A stretch of 64,000 bases of DNA, taken from positions 3,168,001-3,232,000 of the forward strand of contig CBDCOX010000002.1 in assembly GCA_965219995.1 (NCBI GenBank), given 5' to 3'. Below the pieces are notes generated by a model, which saw only the letters and a program-made list of their open reading frames with translations, was not told the DNA's origin and ran no database searches. Shown one piece after another: positions 28,750 through 38,407 of this stretch. Within the stretch, counting starts at the first letter, position 1, and every line of letters starts with the position of its first letter. The stretch comes from Candidatus Latescibacterota bacterium (GTDB lineage: Bacteria > Latescibacterota > UBA2968 > GCA-2709665). The translations under genes and the position numbers were made by a program.

Positions 28750-31700
28750 ATGCCGGACGACCGTCCCGGTCCGCCTCCCGCCGACGTCGAGGCACGCATT
28801 CGGGCCCTTACCCATCACCAACGCACCATGCTCGTCGAGGCGGGCGCCGGCAGCGGCAAGACGGCGCTCATGGCCGGCAGAGCGGCGTTGCTCGTGGCCG
28901 GCGGCGTCGATCCGCGGAACATCGCCGCCATCACCTTTACCGAAGCGGCCGCCGCCGAGCTTCTGGAGCGGATCGAACGCATCGTAAGGGACCTCGGTTC
29001 AGGCAACGTGCCTACGGAACTCGCGCCGGCCCTGCCGTCGGGTCTCAGCGCAGCGCAACGCGCCAACCTGAAGAAAGGCGCCGACACGCTGGATGAGTTG
29101 ACGTGCACCACCATCCACGGCTTCTGCCAGAAACTGATCGCGCCGTATCCGGTGGAGTCGGGCCAGGACCCCGGCGCCACGATCGTCGATCCCGGTACGG
29201 CGGACCTCGTATTCGAGGACCTCGTGGACGCCTGGCTCTCGGCGCGGTTCGGACGGGACCCGCGACAGGACGCCCTGGGGCGTACGCCTCCAGTTGAGCC
29301 CGCAAGTTCGAACGGGGAGGACCTCTTCGCCGCTCTGATGCTCCAATCGCCGGATAAGACCCTGAATCTGATCCGGAGCGCCGCGCATTTTCTAAAGGAC
29401 CACCGGACGGCCGGGGTTGCCGTGTCGGACGTCGATTGGGAAGCCCATGGGAGATTCGTCGATAGTGTCCGCGTTTTCGCCGCCTGGTATCGCGACTGCG
29501 GCATCGAAGAACCGGGCGCGGCCGCGATCGTCGAAGACCTGCTGGGCGTGGTGGAAGCACTGGGCGAACCGGTTTCCGGTCCCGTTCCGGGCGAGCGCCT
29601 CGCCCAACTGCTTCATCACCGCCCTCCGGATCTGTACATGCAGGACAAACGTCGTTTCAAAATGTGGCGGGCCAAGGGGAAGTGGCAAACCGCGGCGAAG
29701 AACGCGGGTCTTCGTGCTTCCGACGGCGGACGGCTTTTCGCAGCAGGTTCGGAGTTGTACGAGTCGTGTAGCGATACGTACGTCGCATTTTGCGACGGTC
29801 TCGGTCGCATCGCGTTCCGGCGCTTCGTCGGCGAATTTGACGTCATCAGGGATCTCTACCGCGACTTCAAACGCGACGCGGCCCTGCTCGACTTCGACGA
29901 TCTGTTGTACCAGGCTCGAGGTCTCCTCAGGGACCACGAACCCGTCCGCAAGGCGCTGGCCGCGCGTTATTCCCACGTCCTGGTAGACGAATTTCAGGAC
30001 ACCGATCCCCTGCAGGCCGAGATCATATGGCGGCTCGCGGGCGAGGGCGATCCGAAGGACCCCTGGCAGGAACGCGTCATTCGTCCGGGCGCGCTGTTCC
30101 TTGTCGGAGACCCGAAACAGGCTATTTACAGGTTCCGCGGCGCGGACGTGCAGACGTACCTTACGGCCAGACACGCGCTGTCAAAGAGCGATTCCGCATC
30201 GATCCTCAGCATCACGGCGAACTTTCGCTCACGGGCGCCCATACTGGATTTCGTCAACCGTCACTTCGCGAGAATGCTGGAAAAGAAACAAGGGCAGCCC
30301 GGGTTCACGGCGCTCACGACAACACGCGAAGCGGACGACGATACCACCGGCGCGAGCGTCGCCGCTTTCGATATTGAAATCGACGAGGACCAAAAAGGCG
30401 GAAGGGGGCGACTGCTTACCGATCGGGTTCGTGAGAAAGAGGCCGGCATCGTCGCCGACGCCGTATCCAGGCTCATCGGCTCCTATACCGTATATGACAA
30501 GGATGAGGACAAATCGAGACCCGCGCAGCCGGACGACGTGGCGCTGCTTGCACCCACCGGTACCAGTCTCTGGATCTACGAGCGGGCGCTCGAGGAAAAG
30601 GGTATCCCTATCGCCACGCAGGCCGGCAAGGGCTTTTTTCAGCGGCAGGAAGTTCAGGACCTGATCGCAGTTGCCCGGGCGATCTCGGACGCCAGGGACA
30701 CGCTGGCGTTCGGCGCATTGATCCGCGGGCCGCTGGTGGGCCTTTCCGAAGAGCAGATTGCCGACGAAATTCTCGCGTTGCCGGTCTTCACGGAACGCAC
30801 CGTGCGCCTGGACGTCGATACCGATCCGTCATGTGTCTTGAGTCCGGTTTTGTGTCAGGCGCTCAAAGTCCTGCAACACTTGCGGAGGAAACGCCACCGC
30901 ACCACGCCCTATCAGATCATGGTGGAAGCGGTCGAGTCGCTTCACGTGCGTCCGATTCTAAGGGCGCGCCACCGGGAGGGCGCCGAACGTGCGCTGGCCA
31001 ACGTGGAACTGGTCCTGGAAATGGCGCGGCAATACGCGGGGAGGGGCATGGGAGACTTCGCCCGCGCACTCTGGCAGAAATGGGAAGACGAAGAAGCCCA
31101 GGTGGAAGGTCGACACGACGCCGCGACCGATGCCGTTTCGATCATCACCATGCATTCGGCCAAGGGCCTTGAATGGCCCATCGTGATCCCCATTAATTCG
31201 ACAACCGGCCTCAGGCGCGAGGAGGGATTTCTGTACAGGCGGCGAGACGACACCGTCCATTTCAAGGTCCTTGGCTTTGCGGACACCGAATATGAAGAGA
31301 CTATGCTGGAGGAAGCGGCAGAACTCACCAGGGAGCGCGTGAGGCTGTGGTACGTCGCGCTGACCCGCGCGCGGGACCTGCTGCTGCTCCCGAGGCAGAG
31401 TGAACGCGGCAAGTCGGACTGGTGGAGCCTGATTGACGTCGACGTGGATTCCCTTCCGGCTTTCGATGCCGGGCGGTTCGACGTCACTGAAGTGATTCCG
31501 CGCGCGCCAACACCCAACCTTCAGGACGCGGCGACGTGGAAACGGGAGCGGGCGGACATCGCCGACAACCTGCGGACGATCACCTGGCGCCGGCCCAGTC
31601 GTCACGAGGATGGGGAGCCGGTCGAAGAGACACAGCATACGACCGTATTCGCTGGCGAGGACGAGGCCAAAGAGGCCCCCGAAGAGCCGGCCGAGGTGAG

Positions 31701-32193
31701 ACCCGCTAAAACAGCATTGAAACGCGGTCTGATCCTGCACAAGCTGATGGAGGAAGTGCTCACCGGAGAAACGCCGGACGGGGAAGGTCCGTTACGGGCC
31801 CGCGCCGCGGAACTCATCGACCAGCAGGACCTCGTCGACGCCGCGGACGCGTCGTCCGACATTTCCAGCGTCCGGATGGCGGCCATGGTCGTCCGGACCC
31901 TGAATCGCCCCGAGATCGCGTCGCTGCGCCCGCGCCTGGCGCCCGAATGCTGGGTCTACGGCAGCGACGTCGATGGGCAGGAGACGTCGATTACCGCCGG
32001 TGTCGCCGATGCCGTTGTCCTTGACGACGAAGGCCGTATCGACGTGGTGGTGGACTGGAAGAGCGATACGGTTGTCCGGGAGAATCAGGTCTCGATGTAC
32101 CGCCGCCAGGTTCGCGATTACCTGAAGGCCACCGGCGCGACAACCGGGCTCATCGTGTTCCTGAATTCAGACCACATCGAGACGGTGCCGTGA
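28750..32193 (+). CDS. UvrD/AddA-like SF1 helicase with C-terminal PD-(D/E)XK nuclease
   Basis: EAGAGSGKT, ITFTEAAAAEL, TIHGFC, VDEFQDT, VGDPKQAIYRFRGAD, NFRS, TMHSAKGLE, YVALTRARD; nuclease RGLILHKLME...GVAD...VDWKSD...YRRQ. Confidence 0.92.
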   Translation: MPDDRPGPPPADVEARIRALTHHQRTMLVEAGAGSGKTALMAGRAALLVAGGVDPRNIAAITFTEAAAAELLERIERIVRDLGSGNVPTELAPALPSGLSAAQRANLKKGADTLDELTCTTIHGFCQKLIAPYPVESGQDPGATIVDPGTADLVFEDLVDAWLSARFGRDPRQDALGRTPPVEPASSNGEDLFAALMLQSPDKTLNLIRSAAHFLKDHRTAGVAVSDVDWEAHGRFVDSVRVFAAWYRDCGIEEPGAAAIVEDLLGVVEALGEPVSGPVPGERLAQLLHHRPPDLYMQDKRRFKMWRAKGKWQTAAKNAGLRASDGGRLFAAGSELYESCSDTYVAFCDGLGRIAFRRFVGEFDVIRDLYRDFKRDAALLDFDDLLYQARGLLRDHEPVRKALAARYSHVLVDEFQDTDPLQAEIIWRLAGEGDPKDPWQERVIRPGALFLVGDPKQAIYRFRGADVQTYLTARHALSKSDSASILSITANFRSRAPILDFVNRHFARMLEKKQGQPGFTALTTTREADDDTTGASVAAFDIEIDEDQKGGRGRLLTDRVREKEAGIVADAVSRLIGSYTVYDKDEDKSRPAQPDDVALLAPTGTSLWIYERALEEKGIPIATQAGKGFFQRQEVQDLIAVARAISDARDTLAFGALIRGPLVGLSEEQIADEILALPVFTERTVRLDVDTDPSCVLSPVLCQALKVLQHLRRKRHRTTPYQIMVEAVESLHVRPILRARHREGAERALANVELVLEMARQYAGRGMGDFARALWQKWEDEEAQVEGRHDAATDAVSIITMHSAKGLEWPIVIPINSTTGLRREEGFLYRRRDDTVHFKVLGFADTEYEETMLEEAAELTRERVRLWYVALTRARDLLLLPRQSERGKSDWWSLIDVDVDSLPAFDAGRFDVTEVIPRAPTPNLQDAATWKRERADIADNLRTITWRRPSRHEDGEPVEETQHTTVFAGEDEAKEAPEEPAEVRPAKTALKRGLILHKLMEEVLTGETPDGEGPLRARAAELIDQQDLVDAADASSDISSVRMAAMVVRTLNRPEIASLRPRLAPECWVYGSDVDGQETSITAGVADAVVLDDEGRIDVVVDWKSDTVVRENQVSMYRRQVRDYLKATGATTGLIVFLNSDHIETVP

Positions 32194-32277
32194 GAGTAAG
32201 CGGCGGCCAATGGGGATAAGGGATTCACTGAAAGGGAGAAAAGTTGACACATTCGCGACGTTCAGCGCAGAGAATGA

Positions 32278-33021
32278 TCAGTAGTGGGTCGCAGGGACAA
32301 AGTCGCCGGCAGCGATCGCAAACTGCCATTTGACACCGTAAAAAAAGCGGGTGCGGAAGGTTCTGTCCTGGTTTCTGAGCAGTTTCAGCGTCCTCTGGAT
32401 GGTGTCGATTTCGCCGCGCCGTTCCGCATCGTCGAACAGGATCAGGAAGTTTTCTCCGAGTCCCTGCTCGATCCACTGCAGCGCCGCCCAGCGGGAACGT
32501 CTCGACCCGCCCGGCGGTCCGTCGACCAATAGCAGATCGGGCGGCGCGCCGAGTCCGACGTCCGTATCGTAGACCAGGGTTCTGTGACCCTGTACAATTC
32601 GCTCTGCCAGTTCGGTACAGGTGATCCGGTGCCTCACCTGCGCCTGAATTCGTCCGGCCCACTCGCGGTCGTGTTCCAGCGTAGTCAATTCCATGGGGTG
32701 TCGTTCCGTAAGCGCGTCCAAAAGCAGGGTCGTCTGGCCGCAACCCAGTTCGACAACGCGCCTCACGGGAAGCTCCGTTATGGCCCGAAGCAGCACGTAC
32801 ATAAGCGAAAAATTGGCGGCGGCTCCGGTCGGGTAGTACCGGTTCACCAGTTTCAGTCGACCCAGCCCATTGGAAAAGAGACGTTCATACAACAGTTCCC
32901 TGTCGTACATTGCCATTGGTTGCAGCAATGTTCTGGCGATCGGCAAGAGCGGCGCGCCAAATGCCTTGTACAGGCGAAGTCCCCAGACTCCCCCCTCGTT
33001 GATGGGTCGAATGATCTTCAT
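32278..33021 (-). CDS. Putative class I SAM-dependent methyltransferase
   Basis: VVELGCGQTT, TLEHDREW, DLLLVDGP, FDDAER. RBS ggagg before MKIIRP. Confidence 0.7.
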   Translation of the reverse strand: MKIIRPINEGGVWGLRLYKAFGAPLLPIARTLLQPMAMYDRELLYERLFSNGLGRLKLVNRYYPTGAAANFSLMYVLLRAITELPVRRVVELGCGQTTLLLDALTERHPMELTTLEHDREWAGRIQAQVRHRITCTELAERIVQGHRTLVYDTDVGLGAPPDLLLVDGPPGGSRRSRWAALQWIEQGLGENFLILFDDAERRGEIDTIQRTLKLLRNQDRTFRTRFFYGVKWQFAIAAGDFVPATHY

Positions 33022-33129
33022 GCGTCGCGCTTTCCTCCAGTACTCGTTGTGGAGGCTCCACAAGTGCCGGCGGTGTCGAGGATTCACGTCCTCATTGTTG
33101 AATATAAACCTATCTGTCTGAGAAACCAC

Positions 33130-34314
33130 ATGCGAATTGTCCACGTCAATCAATTCTATATCCCCGGGCTGAGCTACCAGGAGAACATCCTGCCTCATGA
33201 ACAGGCGAAACTGGGACACGACGTGTGGGTCCTCACAAGCGATCGCCTGCCGCACCCGAAGAAATACCCCGAATCCAGGGGACGGCTTCCCCAGGGAATA
33301 TACCGGGAAGATTCCGTACGGATCTGGCGGTTGCCGTCATTTGTACCCATCAAGAGCCGGGGGCAGGTGTATATCCGGAACCTGAACCGGACCATCTACA
33401 GACTTCGTCCCGACGTCGTTAACACCCACGGGTTGAGGTTCTTTCCTGTACTTCAGGTATTATCCAATCGGCCGTTTTTCGTCCACGTGGGCGACGACCA
33501 TTCGGACAACGGCAATCTGCCCACGGGACCCGGAAATGTTATCCGGTTCGGGGTTGGCAGACTGGTGTGCAGAAAAATCGGCAGCCTCGGCAGCAAGGTC
33601 TTTACGTCCAATCCCTTCGCTGAATGGTTCGTAAAGCATGTATACGCCGCGCGGCCGGAAGGCGTCCACCTTCTCCCGTTGGGCGTCAACACCCATACAT
33701 TCTTCCCGGACCCCGTGAAACGCGAGAAATGGCGAACCAAACTGGCAATTCCCGACGACGCGTGCCTGTTCATCACGTCCGGTCGACTGACGCCCGGCAA
33801 GGGATTCGAGCTCCTCTTCAGGTCCTTCGCGGAGGTCCACCGCCAATACCCTGCCGCAAGACTCGCGATTGCGGGATCCGGTACTCCGGAATACGAAGCG
33901 CACCTCCACGCCCTTGCGAAAGACCTGGGCATCGCGGGCGTTGTGGTTTTCCTGAATTGGATGGCTGAATCAGATCTTTGCGCGGTTTACAACGCCGCGG
34001 ACGTGGGCGTGATGCCCGGCAAGCTGGGCGGAATGAAGGAAATCATCGGCGTTGGGCGCCCGCTCATCGCGCCCGACCATCTCGCGACAGCCTACCTCGT
34101 CGAAAGGGGAAACGGCCTGACGTTCGCGCCCGACGACGGCGGAAGTCTCGTGGGTGCGATACGGCGCTATGCGGAGAGTTCCGATCTTCGAAGAAACCAT
34201 GGCGAGAGGTCCCTCCAGGTGTCACGAAACCAGCTTTCCTGGGCCCGAATCGCGCGTGATAGCCTTCGCGTGTATGAGGACCTGCTGGGCGGTTCTTACG
34301 ACGTCGGACCGTAA
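33130..34314 (+). CDS. Glycosyltransferase family 4
   Basis: MRIVHV, PLGVN..F.P, SGRLTPGKG, YNAADVGVMP, LSWARIA. Confidence 0.88.
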   Translation: MRIVHVNQFYIPGLSYQENILPHEQAKLGHDVWVLTSDRLPHPKKYPESRGRLPQGIYREDSVRIWRLPSFVPIKSRGQVYIRNLNRTIYRLRPDVVNTHGLRFFPVLQVLSNRPFFVHVGDDHSDNGNLPTGPGNVIRFGVGRLVCRKIGSLGSKVFTSNPFAEWFVKHVYAARPEGVHLLPLGVNTHTFFPDPVKREKWRTKLAIPDDACLFITSGRLTPGKGFELLFRSFAEVHRQYPAARLAIAGSGTPEYEAHLHALAKDLGIAGVVVFLNWMAESDLCAVYNAADVGVMPGKLGGMKEIIGVGRPLIAPDHLATAYLVERGNGLTFAPDDGGSLVGAIRRYAESSDLRRNHGERSLQVSRNQLSWARIARDSLRVYEDLLGGSYDVGP

Positions 34315-34364
34315 GCGCACATAAGGCGTTTTCCAATCTCAGCATCAGAGTGCGATCGCAGCTC

Positions 34365-35222
34365 ATGTTCAATCCACGATCCGGGGCGCCAGTCTTGCCT
34401 GATAACGCACCATCGCTTTCCGTCATCATCGTCAATGTCGACACCGCGAAATGGTTGAGGCCATGCCTCGAGTCGCTGCAAGAACAGGATAAATCCGAGT
34501 CGATCGAAGTCGTCGTCGTGGACAATGGATCCAGTGACGGATCCGCCGGCATGGTGCGGCAGGATTTCCCCGATGTGAAACTGGTGCGGCTGGAAGAAAC
34601 GGTCGGTTTCGGCACGGCGAACAATTACGGCGCGAAGCATTCCGCGGCGCCCGTCATTCTCTTTCTGAATCCGGACACCAGATTGGGCGAAGGCAGCCTG
34701 TCACAGCTGTTGCCGAGGTTCGCCGAACGTACGGACTGTGGAATCGCGGGGGGTACTGTCTTCGACAGCAAGGGCGGGTTGGAACGTTCAAAGGGATCGT
34801 TCCCGACTCTGTTCAGTATGGGATTGGGACGTCTTCTGAAATATCTCCCGCCGCTCCGCCCGCTTCTGGGACGGTTTTCTCATCAGCACTGGGTCGGCTA
34901 CGACAAACCTCGCCGGGTCGACTGGGTTACCGGCGCTTATCTCTGGATACGAAGGGAGGTATTTGAAAGGGTCGGGGGATTCGATCCACGGATTTTCATG
35001 TACTGTGAGGACGTGGACCTCTGCTATCGGGTCCGGCAACTCGGATTCGAGGTCCGGTTTTATCCTGAAGCGCCGATCATTCATTACGGCGGCAAATCCC
35101 GCGCGCCGCGCCCTCGAAAGAAGATGCTGTACGAGAGCCTGTGCTATTTTTCCGACAAGCACTACGAGTCTCCCAGATATTGGATGACGCGATTTGTCTT
35201 CCGGATCATGTCAAAACGATAG
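34365..35222 (+). CDS. Glycosyltransferase family 2 (WbbL/rhamnosyltransferase-like)
   Basis: SVIIVN, VVDNGSSDGS, GFGTANN, FLNPD, DWVTGA, GGFD..IFMYCEDVDLC, H.GGKS. Confidence 0.9.
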   Translation: MFNPRSGAPVLPDNAPSLSVIIVNVDTAKWLRPCLESLQEQDKSESIEVVVVDNGSSDGSAGMVRQDFPDVKLVRLEETVGFGTANNYGAKHSAAPVILFLNPDTRLGEGSLSQLLPRFAERTDCGIAGGTVFDSKGGLERSKGSFPTLFSMGLGRLLKYLPPLRPLLGRFSHQHWVGYDKPRRVDWVTGAYLWIRREVFERVGGFDPRIFMYCEDVDLCYRVRQLGFEVRFYPEAPIIHYGGKSRAPRPRKKMLYESLCYFSDKHYESPRYWMTRFVFRIMSKR

Positions 35223-35226
35223 CGCC

Positions 35227-37608
35227 ATGTCCGATCTCCCAAAGTCTCCTTCAATAGAGCAGTCCCGCCGCACGCTCTTCCGAGCCACCATTGTCGCTGC
35301 CGTATTCCTGGCGCTCCACGTCCTGCCGCTCTTCTGGCGGCCCAACCCGCTGTGGGGCGTGGACTTCCTCTTCTATCTGCCCGCGCCTGTCCAGGCGCTC
35401 CTCGTCTTACTTTCCGTTCTCCTGTTTGTTCCCGGATTTCGCCGGCAGGTCCGCACCGCGGCAGCTACCCTCCCCTTCTCGCTGTGGGGCCGGGGCAGGC
35501 GCGTGCGGATTACCCGGACGCTGGTGCTGATCCTTGCCCTGGCGAGCTTTTGCTCGCTCTCTTCCGCCCGCCACTTCCTCGGCGATGGTTATTTACTCAT
35601 TGGAAAACTGGATGCGGATACGTTTCAGGATCAGTACCGAGCGCCGCTCACCTTCGCGTTTATCCGCGCGTTGCACCATGCGGGCCGTGCTTTCTGGGAA
35701 ACGGCGGAGAACACGTACCGCGTCTACAGCTATGCGTCCGGCGTACTCTATGTTCTGCTCAGCTTTCCCGTCGCCTCCGCCCTTGGAAAAAACAAGCGGG
35801 AGATGTCAATTGTCCTGGCCGCGCTCCTTACCGCCGGATACATGCTGCTCTTCTATGGATACGTGGAGAATTATGCACTCTACATGCCAGGCGTTCTTCT
35901 CTACCTCTTCCTGGGTTTGCGTACGTTGGAAAACCGGATGCCCCTGTACGCGCCCGCGCTCGTCCTGGGCCTGCTGCTCGCCCTTCACCAGGCGTTCACC
36001 GTATTCGGACCGTCCCTGCTCTTCCTCGCGTACCGAAGATGGCGCCACCGGCAGGAAGCCGCTTTGTTTTTTAAAACCACCGCTACCGTCGCAGCCCTTT
36101 TGTGCGTCCCTGTAAGCACCGCTGCGTTGCTCGGGTTAAGTGGATTCGGTTTCGAAGGATATCTGGACCGGATGGGCGGCAGGAATTTCCTTCCGCTTTT
36201 TGCGGAACCCGGCCTTCACTCGGAATACCGAATATTCTCGTTCGCGCATGTTCTCGACTTTGTAAACCAGCAATTGCTTGCAGCGCCGGTTGTGTGTATG
36301 GCCTGCATTCTGCTTCGGAAGAGAGACCTTCGGCATCAACCCTTCCTCCTGATCGCCGCCGTATTCCCTCTCTTCTCCACGTTCATCGCAAGACCGGAAA
36401 TCGGTGTCTTCAGAGATTGGGACGTTTTTTCGCTGCCGGCACTGCCCCTTACGCTTTGGGTCGCCACGGCGCTCATGGCACGCATCCGCGCTCGTGAGCC
36501 TCTCTTCCACAGTGCCTTCCTCATCTGCGGCACGGCTGCATTCCATACCCTTTTCTGGGTCAGCCTCAACGCCGGGGCCGGGGCCGCCGAAGCCCGATTC
36601 ACCCACTTGGCAAACCGGCTCACCGGCATTTCCGCAGTCAACAGCTGGATGACACTGGCCGAATTCCATCGCGACCAGGGAAACACTGCTGCTGCTCTCA
36701 AGTCTTACCAACGTTCTATCGAGGCCGATCCGACGAATCCAAATCGCTGGATGACCGTAGGTAAAGTCTACCGCGAAATTGGACAGCCCGCCGATGCCAT
36801 CTCATTCTTTGATAAAGCCGTTGAACTCCAGCCGGACATCGCGGTTTCGTATATGAACCTGGGAGCGGCATACAGCGATCTCGGGCAGTTCGCAAAAGCC
36901 ATAGAATTCACGAGAAAGGCCATCGCGATACAGCCGGACAACGCCACGGCGCACGCGAACCTGGGCGCCATTTACAGGAAGACCGGGCAAGTCGCCAATG
37001 CGATCGAACACCTCGAGAGAGCCGCCGCGCTACAACCTGACCAGGCCGTCACCCATGGAAATCTTGGCGCCATGTACCGTGAAGCTGGTAAATATACACG
37101 TGCGATCACGGCTCTGAAGAAAGCTGTGACGATTCAGCCTGAAGATGCCACGGACAATTTGAACCTCGGCGTCGTTTACTGCGACATCGGGCAGTTCGAC
37201 AACGCCATTGAATACCTGGGAAAAGCCCTCGAAATTGATCCACGCTACGTGTTGGCATATACGAACATCGGCAATGTATACAAACTCCAGAGAAAGTATC
37301 CTTTAGCCATTGAATACTTTGAGAAAGCGCTTGAGCTTCAGACAGGCCGCGCACAATTTCAGACCTTTCTGATCATCGGCGACACGTACGACAAGATGAG
37401 CGAATTCGAAAAAGCGATCCCCTATTTTCAAAAGGCCATTCGACTGAACCCCGACCACGGAAACGCACATTTGCTCCTGGGCCTGGCCTACCGAGCCCTG
37501 AAACGCTGCGACGAGGCCAGAGTTCATTTCGAGAAAACCCTGGATCTCGAGCCCAACCATCCTCAGGCAACACAGATCAGGCAATGGATAAAGGGAATTG
37601 GCGAATAG
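35227..37608 (+). CDS. Multi-pass membrane protein with C-terminal TPR array
   Basis: About 12 TM segments, then ~9 TPRs (NLGAAYSDLGQFAKAIEFTRKAIAIQPD etc.). Confidence 0.85.
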   Translation: MSDLPKSPSIEQSRRTLFRATIVAAVFLALHVLPLFWRPNPLWGVDFLFYLPAPVQALLVLLSVLLFVPGFRRQVRTAAATLPFSLWGRGRRVRITRTLVLILALASFCSLSSARHFLGDGYLLIGKLDADTFQDQYRAPLTFAFIRALHHAGRAFWETAENTYRVYSYASGVLYVLLSFPVASALGKNKREMSIVLAALLTAGYMLLFYGYVENYALYMPGVLLYLFLGLRTLENRMPLYAPALVLGLLLALHQAFTVFGPSLLFLAYRRWRHRQEAALFFKTTATVAALLCVPVSTAALLGLSGFGFEGYLDRMGGRNFLPLFAEPGLHSEYRIFSFAHVLDFVNQQLLAAPVVCMACILLRKRDLRHQPFLLIAAVFPLFSTFIARPEIGVFRDWDVFSLPALPLTLWVATALMARIRAREPLFHSAFLICGTAAFHTLFWVSLNAGAGAAEARFTHLANRLTGISAVNSWMTLAEFHRDQGNTAAALKSYQRSIEADPTNPNRWMTVGKVYREIGQPADAISFFDKAVELQPDIAVSYMNLGAAYSDLGQFAKAIEFTRKAIAIQPDNATAHANLGAIYRKTGQVANAIEHLERAAALQPDQAVTHGNLGAMYREAGKYTRAITALKKAVTIQPEDATDNLNLGVVYCDIGQFDNAIEYLGKALEIDPRYVLAYTNIGNVYKLQRKYPLAIEYFEKALELQTGRAQFQTFLIIGDTYDKMSEFEKAIPYFQKAIRLNPDHGNAHLLLGLAYRALKRCDEARVHFEKTLDLEPNHPQATQIRQWIKGIGE

Positions 37609-37630
37609 CGGCTTCGCAATCAGCATCTTC

Positions 37631-37659
37631 TTGACAGCATTTCTAGATTTAGTTATTTT
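37631..37659 (+). promoter_or_regulatory. Sigma70-type promoter with no downstream CDS
   Basis: TTGACA (37631-37636)-N17-TATTTT (37654-37659). Confidence 0.55.
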
Positions 37660-37664
37660 CTGGT

Positions 37665-37728
37665 ATCCTCCCTCCAGAAAAATCATTCTGGAGCCCCCGG
37701 ATTCCCAAGTGGGTCCGGGTTTTTTTTT
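37665..37728 (+). ncRNA. Candidate ~64-nt small RNA
   Basis: Lies directly behind the promoter. 5' AUCCUCC, hairpin ctccagaa/ttctggag, and intrinsic terminator cccggattc/gggtccggg followed by T9. Confidence 0.45.
37696..37728 (+). terminator. Rho-independent terminator
   Basis: 9-bp GC stem (with G-U pairs), 6-nt loop, nine T. Confidence 0.85.
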
Positions 37729-37736
37729 AAAAAAAA

Positions 37737-38075
37737 GCAATCAGCGATCAGCAATAAGCTGTCAGCTTTAATCAAAAGCCCTTCCCGTTGCCGTCAGCGC
37801 CGTTGATATGGCAGGACCCAAAGTGGCGCAGACCTATCCCCCTGCCTGCCGAAGAATCACCGGCAGGCAGGACCCTTTCCTGAAGGAAAGGGCAAAGCGG
37901 GTCTCGCAATAGGATCCCGGCTTCCCCCTTCCTTCAGGAAGGGGGTCAGGGGGTAGGTCTCAGAAGCGGGGAGACGTGAGACGGAAGACGGGAGATGATA
38001 ACCCGCGTCGACGGGACGATGATGCGGACTGGCGAAATCTATCGGCGATGGGCGCGGGACCCTCACCCTCCGGGT
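37737..38075. repeat. Repeat cluster: TCAGC heptamers, W module, family A arm with core Z
   Basis: Core Z ataacccgcgtc..gacgatg...gcgaaat..a.cggcgat recurs at ~38957-39012 and, more degenerately, at ~48900-48955. Confidence 0.7.
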
Positions 38076-38123
38076 ACCACTCCCTGCATGCAGCCACACG
38101 GTGCGCCATATCGGCCGCCGCGT

Positions 38124-38170
38124 TATGCCGTTATGGCATACAATATATGATAGTATGCCATTTTGGCATA
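38124..38170. promoter_or_regulatory. Two palindromic upstream activator sites TATGCC-N5-GGCATA
   Basis: 38124-38140 tatgccgttatggcata and 38154-38170 tatgccattttggcata, 30 bp apart. Confidence 0.7.
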
Positions 38171-38289
38171 TAAGGGCCATTGAATTTCGGCTGTCGCATC
38201 GTTCATGCAATTCGATACCGTATGTAAAATACTCATAACTATATATTTTTTTAATCATTTATATGTATCTCGAATCAGATCGGACGAGA

Positions 38290-38306
38290 TTGGCACGGGG
38301 CTTGCG
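38290..38306 (+). promoter_or_regulatory. Sigma54 (-24/-12) promoter of hsp20
   Basis: TTGGCACGGGGCTTGC matches TGGCAC-N5-TTGC, about 100 bp upstream of the ATG. An AT-rich tract separates it from the palindromes. Confidence 0.75.
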
Positions 38307-38407
38307 AATAGAGACTGGCGCAAGCTCGAGGGTGAGCAGACAGCTCTCGAGTCCCGAAACAAACAGCCATTCGTCGGGAAAACCGTTAACCTAAAGGAGG
38401 ATTCACC

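Noticed and set aside
38280-38407. CIRCE/HrcA operator before hsp20
   Set aside because: No TTAGCACTC-N9-GAGTGCTAA; the TTGGCAC there fits a sigma54 -24 box.
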